Positions 24,395 through 29,021 of a stretch of DNA of 32,000 nt are shown here, one piece after another. Origin of the DNA: Prochlorococcus marinus str. NATL2A (GTDB taxonomy: Bacteria > Cyanobacteriota > Cyanobacteriia > PCC-6307 > Cyanobiaceae); contig NC_007335.2 of NCBI RefSeq assembly GCF_000012465.1, positions 1,080,001 to 1,112,000 on the forward strand. The letters run 5' to 3'. The notes beneath the pieces were generated by a model that was given only the letters and a program-made list of their open reading frames with translations, did no database searches and was not told the origin of the DNA. A program made the translations under genes and the position numbers. How positions within the stretch are numbered: the first letter of the stretch is position 1; each line of letters begins with the position of its first letter.

Positions 24395-24655
24395 ATGAAT
24401 ACCCTGATCATCTCCACCTTTAGCTGCACTTTCGAGTCCTTTGAAAAAGATGTAAGTGGATTTATTACTGACATGGGTAAGGAAGTAGTTTCAGATTATG
24501 AGTTCGTCAAAGTGAATGACCATAAATCTCATTTACTTATGAATGTCTTAGATATGGATGCACTTTGTACTGAAATGACTTCAGATAAAGCTAAGGAGTG
24601 GGATAAAGCTAATAACTGCGAAGATACTGTTTATGGCATTGAGCTTGTTGAATAA
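24395..24655 (+). CDS. 86-aa small protein, paralog of 25305..25568 (DUF3764-like from memory)
   Basis: MNTLIISTFSCTFESFEKDVSGFITDMGKEVVSDYEFVKVNDHKSHLLMNV...AKEWDKANNCEDTVYGIELVE. Shares NDHKSH and EWDKANNC(E/K)D.VY with the paralog. Confidence 0.65.
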   Translation: MNTLIISTFSCTFESFEKDVSGFITDMGKEVVSDYEFVKVNDHKSHLLMNVLDMDALCTEMTSDKAKEWDKANNCEDTVYGIELVE

Positions 24656-24703
24656 AAACGTCTATTCCGTCTATTGGGTCCTTTGTTAATTAAATCGATG
24701 GGG
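24651..24703 (+). repeat. D-repeat copy 1
   Basis: aataaaaacgtctattccgtctattgggtcctttgttaattaaatcgatgggg. Contains an internal cgtctatt duplication relative to copy 2. Confidence 0.6.
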
Positions 24704-24824
24704 AGCATACAATCGAAATTCACCTGGAAAGTTATTCAGATTTATTCCAGACGGAATTGCTGATCTTTACGCAAGTAGAAATTCAAAAGTTAAAGCGGCT
24801 TGATTTGATCTCTCTGTAAATAAG

Positions 24825-24888
24825 TACTTTTGTTAGAAGAGCCTGAAGAGATGGCCTTCAATACTGAAACTTTAAGAGAAATATGTAA
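24825..24888 (+). promoter_or_regulatory. E-element copy 2, 26 nt upstream of ATG 24914
   Basis: tacttttgttagaagagcctgaagagatggccttcaatactgaaactttaagagaaatatgtaa. Confidence 0.55.
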
Positions 24889-24913
24889 TGGTGAGATTAA
24901 CTGAAATAAATTA

Positions 24914-25300
24914 ATGTCATTCGGAGCCGAGACGCCCTTTATTCTTCTTGCTCGTCTTCAAGTTAAGCCAGACAAAGTTCAAGAATATTTATTACTTGCA
25001 GCTAAAACTGATAAGGCTGTTGAAGATTCAGAACCAGGAATGATTCACCATACTTTTGATCAAGATTCTGAAGATCCTCTTTGTTTTGTTTGGTCCGAAG
25101 TTTATAAAAATGACGAGGCTTTCCTTGCTCATTTAGCAAATCCACCTGTAGAAGAATATTTACAAGGTCATGCAGAACTTGGCGATAATTTCACTGTGGA
25201 AGTTTATGGAACTGTTGGAGATAAATGTAAAACAGCTATGGAGGAAACTGGATTGCCATTAAAAATCTTTGAAAGCAAGCTTGGCTATAGCAGGGTCTAA
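24914..25300 (+). CDS. ABM (antibiotic-biosynthesis-monooxygenase/Dabb) domain protein
   Basis: FILLARLQVKPDKVQEYLLLAAKTDKAVEDSEPGMIHHTF...FVWSEVYKNDEAFLAHLANPPVEEY fits the ferredoxin-like ABM fold pattern. Confidence 0.75.
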   Translation: MSFGAETPFILLARLQVKPDKVQEYLLLAAKTDKAVEDSEPGMIHHTFDQDSEDPLCFVWSEVYKNDEAFLAHLANPPVEEYLQGHAELGDNFTVEVYGTVGDKCKTAMEETGLPLKIFESKLGYSRV

Positions 25301-25304
25301 TTAA

Positions 25305-25568
25305 ATGGAAAGACTATTTATTGTATGTACTTTTGACTGCTCGTTTGAGTACTACGAAGAAACCATAGAAAAGTTTGTAAAAGAATATGGAGATGGAGTT
25401 GTTATTGACTATGACTTAAACAAAATCAATGACCATAAATCACATTCTTTCTATAACGTCACAAGTTTAGAAGCTTTTGCAAAAATCCTCGATAATCCTT
25501 TCGCTAGAGAATGGGATAAAGCTAACAACTGCAAAGATATTGTTTATAAGCTTGACGGACCTTTATAG
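25305..25568 (+). CDS. 87-aa small protein, paralog of 24395..24655
   Basis: MERLFIVCTFDCSFEYYEETIEKFVKEYGDGVVIDYDLNKINDHKSHSFYNV..FAREWDKANNCKDIVYKLDGPL. Confidence 0.7.
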   Translation: MERLFIVCTFDCSFEYYEETIEKFVKEYGDGVVIDYDLNKINDHKSHSFYNVTSLEAFAKILDNPFAREWDKANNCKDIVYKLDGPL

Positions 25569-25678
25569 ATTATTTGTTAATTGTTAAAAATTAGATATAG
25601 ATATGAACCGCTTCTTACTCCTCGACCTAACCGCTGGCTTTTATCCCCTTTCACAAGATTGTTAACGACTACAAAGAT

Positions 25679-25885
25679 TCATTTACCGCCATTACATTGA
25701 ATAATTGCTACGACTGCTGAATTATATTTCTGACCTAGCTTTTCCATGCAATAAATTTCCGCTGTGGTTTTAATGGCTACTGGAACTTGAGTTAGAGCTA
25801 AAAGCATCAGTGCAAATCCAGTCCCTGGTGCATGAATATTTAATTTAAAACCGCTCATCCATCTTCTCTTAGACATGCATTTCAA
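25679..25885 (-). CDS. hypothetical 68-aa protein
   Basis: Only ORF in this interval. One hydrophobic segment, GFALMLLALTQVPVAI. Weak support. Confidence 0.35.
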   Translation of the reverse strand: MKCMSKRRWMSGFKLNIHAPGTGFALMLLALTQVPVAIKTTAEIYCMEKLGQKYNSAVVAIIQCNGGK

Positions 25886-26034
25886 TCATTTACTCCTTGT
25901 TTATAGCTATCCCTACGCGATAGTTAATGCTTGTATTAATTTTTACCTTTATCAAAGTCTAAGTCATGAAAGCAGGATGAATTAACTAAAAAATCGTTTT
26001 TCAAGTTAAAAATATTCTGCAAAATAAATTCTCA

Positions 26035-26382
26035 ATGGCCTCTAACTTTTATATCGTTCATCACGAATTCAGAGCTGGTACTTCCTCTAAGTGGTGGGAA
26101 ACTGCTTATGCAGCAATGGCTCCTGGTGGAGGATGGGATGAGGCTGTAGCAGCCAACAAAGAAAAAGGGTTTTTCAACCATTCAGCTAATGCTGTTACTG
26201 CAAATGGTCCTGTCTACTGTATTTGGGAAACAAAAGAAGGGATTTCCATAGAAGAATTCCAGGAATTCATTGATGGTCCTACAGGGCCTGGTTTTGGACT
26301 GAGTGCATTAATGAATATCTGCAAGCCAATAGATACATCATTAATGAACGGACAAACTCCATATCCAAGAGTTTTCTCCTAA
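26035..26382 (+). CDS. hypothetical 115-aa protein (possibly DUF4242-like)
   Basis: Clean ATG ORF. ..NGPVYCIWETKEGISIEEFQEFIDG.. resembles the DUF4242 core from memory. Followed by repeat/terminator L1. Confidence 0.6.
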   Translation: MASNFYIVHHEFRAGTSSKWWETAYAAMAPGGGWDEAVAANKEKGFFNHSANAVTANGPVYCIWETKEGISIEEFQEFIDGPTGPGFGLSALMNICKPIDTSLMNGQTPYPRVFS

Positions 26383-26400
26383 ACCTGTCAAAATAAAAAA

Positions 26401-26458
26401 GGTTGACAGCCGATTGCCATCGGAACAAGTGGGGCTGACTTAGGTCGGCCCCTTCTTT
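26401..26458 (+). repeat. L-element copy L1: GGTTGACAGCCGATT + CCGAT/ATCGG hairpin + GGGGCTGACTTAGGTCGGCCCC hairpin
   Basis: 19 nt after the stop of 26035..26382. Likely doubles as its terminator. Confidence 0.65.
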
Positions 26459-26557
26459 GTTCCCTATCGAAATAATAGGAAGTTGTACTTGAGTAAAAGC
26501 CGAGGTGTTTAAATCACAAGGAATCAAGTAGAACATATTCACCCGAACAGGAGGTTT

Positions 26558-26722
26558 ATGAAGCTAAGAACTCCATTTTCTGTAATCAAAAATGCTTTGA
26601 GTGATATTCGAGTAATGCATGATTTTAATTACGAAATTCCTGCAGAAACCAGAGATGAGTTTTGGAAAGAAGAATGTGAGGTCCACCCAACTTCTTCAAC
26701 ATGCAAAGTTTATGACAACTAA
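26558..26722 (+). CDS. CP12 C-terminal-module mini-protein (54 aa)
   Basis: Hand-translated MKLRTPFSVIKNALSDIRVMHDFNYEIPAETRDEFWKEECEVHPTSSTCKVYDN with a GGAGG SD 4 nt upstream. The C-x3-P-x4-C-(K/R)-x-YD(N/D) end matches the CP12 C-terminal loop (..YCDDNPEAAECRIYDD). Confidence 0.55.
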   Translation: MKLRTPFSVIKNALSDIRVMHDFNYEIPAETRDEFWKEECEVHPTSSTCKVYDN

Positions 26723-26737
26723 AAAAACAAAATTTTA

Positions 26738-26920
26738 ATGGATCCGTTTGATCCTGCTCTTCAAAGTACTGCCGTATCCGGAGTCAGGCCTTTACTGACT
26801 TTGGCAATATTTGCTGGATTAGGATCTTTTTTCCTTGGAGCACTTGTTACTGCTATTAGAAGGGGAATGAAAGAAAACGGTTGGTTTAAATTTAACCAAG
26901 AGAAAGAGAAGCAAGACTAG
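26738..26920 (+). CDS. 60-aa single-TM protein
   Basis: MDPFDPALQSTAVSGVRPLLTLAIFAGLGSFFLGALVTAIRRGMKENGWFKF.. Confidence 0.5.
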   Translation: MDPFDPALQSTAVSGVRPLLTLAIFAGLGSFFLGALVTAIRRGMKENGWFKFNQEKEKQD

Positions 26921-26978
26921 GCAATTGCTTCTTATAGTCCCTAATCTAAATAAGTCAATTTGGAGTCGATACAGATAT

Positions 26979-27125
26979 ATGGAATTTTTTGATGAGTTTA
27001 AAATTATTGGCGGGATCATTCCTAACTTGATTGGCTTAGCAGTTTTTTGCGGGGTGATTATTTATTTCGATCAAACTAGAAAAGCAAAAGTCAGACGAGG
27101 AGAAAAAGTCCCCCCTCATCAATAA
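26979..27125 (+). CDS. 48-aa TM peptide, 'IIGGI(V/I)PNLI' family
   Basis: MEFFDEFKIIGGIIPNLIGLAVFCGVIIYFDQTRKAKVRRGEKVPPHQ. The internal ATG is preferred over the TTG at 26925. Confidence 0.5.
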   Translation: MEFFDEFKIIGGIIPNLIGLAVFCGVIIYFDQTRKAKVRRGEKVPPHQ

Positions 27126-27130
27126 AAAAG

Positions 27131-27277
27131 ATTCTTTTTGCTAAATCAGAAATAATTGGTGGCATTGTTCCAAATCTGATTGCTTTTAGCTTGTTTCTTG
27201 GAGAAATTGGATATTTTACTTTGACTGAGAAAATGGCTGAGATGTTTGGTATTAGAAAACGGCCCAAATCAGATTAG
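27131..27277 (+). pseudogene. 'IIGGIVPNLI' family copy without canonical start codon
   Basis: ..KSEIIGGIVPNLIAFSLFLGEIGYFTLTEKMAEMFGIRKRPKSD* is near-identical to 13824..14006. No ATG/GTG/TTG lies between the upstream in-frame TAG (27077) and the conserved core. Confidence 0.35.
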
Positions 27278-27286
27278 TCCTCCACC

Positions 27287-27341
27287 GTTTGACCGCCGAT
27301 TCCTATCGGAACCAGAGGGCTGACTTAGTTCAGTCCTTTTT
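27287..27341 (+). repeat. L-element copy L2
   Basis: gtttgaccgccgattcctatcggaaccagagggctgacttagttcagtccttttt. In the first hairpin the stem is conserved and the loop differs from L1. Confidence 0.65.
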
Positions 27342-27675
27342 ATGTGAGAAGGAAACTGATCGAGGATTCCTAGATTCTTTTGTAAAGATCATGTGCCAAA
27401 GATTTCTAATAACACTACCCTCAGCGTATACTCATGACGAATTAAGTGACCTCAACGCTAGATAGGCCGTTTATCTATTCAGAAATTGTCACCCATACTA
27501 CTTTGGAACTAATGACCAAGTTGACCGAATATCCATCTCAAGCGAAGCAAGAAGCACTTATAGAAGCTCAGAGAAGTAACGAAGAAGTTCGTGTGCTTAG
27601 GAAATCTCATTCATAACAAGCGATTAAACAAGAAAATATACGTAAATGGATTCATGTAATAGCTATTTAATAGTT

Positions 27676-27752
27676 ATGGCTGGAATTGGAAAAAGATTGC
27701 TGATATTTATGGGGTAAGTCCAATTACTGCTAGGCGGTGGTCTATGGCATAA
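27676..27752 (+). repeat. C-repeat copy C3 (startless HTH ORF fragment ..GWNWKKIADIYGVSPITARRWSMA*)
   Basis: ~75 nt align with 17384..17456. An in-frame TAG lies upstream and there is no start codon. Confidence 0.7.
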
Positions 27753-27795
27753 AAAAGAGGGCTTAATTGCCCCCTCAATAATCGACTGTCAACCG
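27751..27795 (-). repeat. B-motif copy B3 directly abutting C3
   Basis: Plus strand: aaaaaagagggcttaattgccccctcaataatcgactgtcaacc. Confidence 0.65.
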
Positions 27796-27831
27796 AGCTT
27801 TTATTTTACAATTAACAGTCATCCCCAAGAC

Positions 27832-28464
27832 TTAAGGGATTACAGCAACCCAAGAGAAAGCAAGTCCTATTCCTATCCAAATCCCTGCAAATAAATTGCG
27901 ACCATTCAATCCAAATTTATCAATAACTGATTGAATGGATTGTGTGACCAGTAAAAGTAAGAATAGTTGCGCAAGAAGAAGGCCTAAAAAGTAACCAATC
28001 AGCGGTGTAGGTTCTGCACCAACGATGGTGCTTCCAAGTAAGTAGCCATGCAATGAAAACATTGGCAAAAGCCATTTAGTGCTCACAAGATTCAGAACAA
28101 TTAAGCCCTCTACAGCCAAAGTTAGAGAAACAAGTGCTTCTGCCCAAGGAGCTACTAAATCAGGCAAGGGCTGTAGTTGTACTAGTGCACTTCCTCCTAA
28201 TCCAACAGCTAAAAGTGGGAGAATCCATTTTATGGATCTCTTTAATCCCACCAGTGCGATTCCTAACATAAAAAGTAAATGATCAGGTCCAAGTAATGGA
28301 TGACCGATACCACTAAGGAGAGCTTGCCATGCTGAAAGATCAGTACTCTCTCCCATTCCAAAAGGATGATGAGCTAAAGCCGTGTTAGATAAAAAGGTAA
28401 GTAATAAAAATAATGGAGTTAAAACTGCAAGAGAATACTTGTGCACCAAAAAGTGAAACCTCAT
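27832..28464 (-). CDS. hupE: HupE/UreJ-family metal (probable cobalt) transporter
   Basis: Signal peptide, then HHPFG..LLSGIGHPLLGPDHLLFMLGIALVG (HupE/UreJ signature HP..G.DH). About 6 TM segments. Confidence 0.85.
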   Translation of the reverse strand: MRFHFLVHKYSLAVLTPLFLLLTFLSNTALAHHPFGMGESTDLSAWQALLSGIGHPLLGPDHLLFMLGIALVGLKRSIKWILPLLAVGLGGSALVQLQPLPDLVAPWAEALVSLTLAVEGLIVLNLVSTKWLLPMFSLHGYLLGSTIVGAEPTPLIGYFLGLLLAQLFLLLLVTQSIQSVIDKFGLNGRNLFAGIWIGIGLAFSWVAVIP

Positions 28465-28479
28465 AGGTCGATCCTCGTC

Positions 28480-28590
28480 GAATAGTAAATAAGGCGGGCA
28501 TTCTGACTGGTATCGAAGAAGATCGATACATCACAGTTGCGGGACAGCAGCGGATTCGCACCACTTTTCCCCATTACTTCAAATAGCTGA
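28480..28590 (-). promoter_or_regulatory. cobalamin (B12) riboswitch in the hupE leader
   Basis: The minus strand reads aatGGGGAAaagtGGTGcGAAtCCgctGCTGtCCCGCAACTGTgatg...gataccAGTCAGAAtGCCCGCC. That covers the conserved GGGAA / GGTG.AA.CC / CCCGCAACTGT core plus a B12-box-like AGTCAGAATGCCCGCC about 20 nt before the start codon. Boundaries are approximate. Confidence 0.8.
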
Positions 28591-28667
28591 TCACTATTCG
28601 AACCTCAGAAATAATTTAACCCTCGAGTGCCAAACATTATTAGAACGTAATAGCACCGTTACACCTA

Positions 28668-28755
28668 AGTCCGTTAAATCCCATTAGATCCCTTTATTTC
28701 AGGTAGCTCTTGGACGCAGTATGGACGCAAAGAAAAATAGGCATTAAAAAAGACA
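28668..28755. repeat. K-repeat copy 2 (flank of the tRNA-Pro scar R3)
   Basis: agtccgttaaatccc..ccctttatttca..tggacgcagtatggacgcaaagaaaaataggcattaaaaaagaca. Confidence 0.65.
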
Positions 28756-28827
28756 GGCTGGGAAACCTGTCTATGACTGATCGGGGCGACAGGATTCGAA
28801 CCTGGGACCTAGTGCTCCCAAAGCACC
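28752..28827 (-). repeat. tRNA-Pro(UGG) 3' half (anticodon arm to discriminator) plus terminator hairpin; not an intact tRNA (copy R3)
   Basis: The minus strand reads ggtgcTTTGGGAgcact aggtc ccagg TTCGAAT cctgt cgccccg a. That is an anticodon loop with UGG, a canonical T-loop, and the tRNA-Pro acceptor 3' strand CGCCCCGA. No matching CGGGGCG 5' strand or D-arm lies upstream. Followed by the hairpin gacaggtttcccagcctgtc + T6. Confidence 0.8.
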
Positions 28828-29021
28828 AACTTTCCATAATGAGACAAGCTTGTAATAATGATAGTCAGGCTATGACTTAATAGTCAAGATAGTAGTAACT
28901 ATAACGAGTCTCAGGGTTGACTTATTACTGGCCAAAGGTGACCGTAGAGTACCAATTGATCGCTCAAGGATCGCTCGCCTTAGGCCCTTGCTTCGACAAA
29001 AATAGATTATCAAATCTCATA

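Noticed and set aside
24223-24474. 83-aa minus-strand ORF (also 26279..26542, 26819..27019, 17949..18188, 10369..10569)
   Set aside because: These overlap conserved repeat elements or better-supported ORFs on the other strand, and have no motifs.
24821-24838. LexA-like box (AGTACTTTTGTTAG) inside the E element
   Set aside because: It mismatches the cyanobacterial RGTACNNNDGTWCB pattern at the conserved C. The other E copy also loses the G of GTAC.
28590-28615. GGTTCGAAT T-loop-like string (minus strand) as another tRNA fragment
   Set aside because: The flanking bases cannot form a T-stem or acceptor stem. Judged a chance match.
28781-28860. Possible intact tRNA-Pro gene
   Set aside because: Only positions ~27-73 are present. 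The 5' acceptor strand (CGGGGCG) and D-arm are absent from the sequence upstream on the minus strand.
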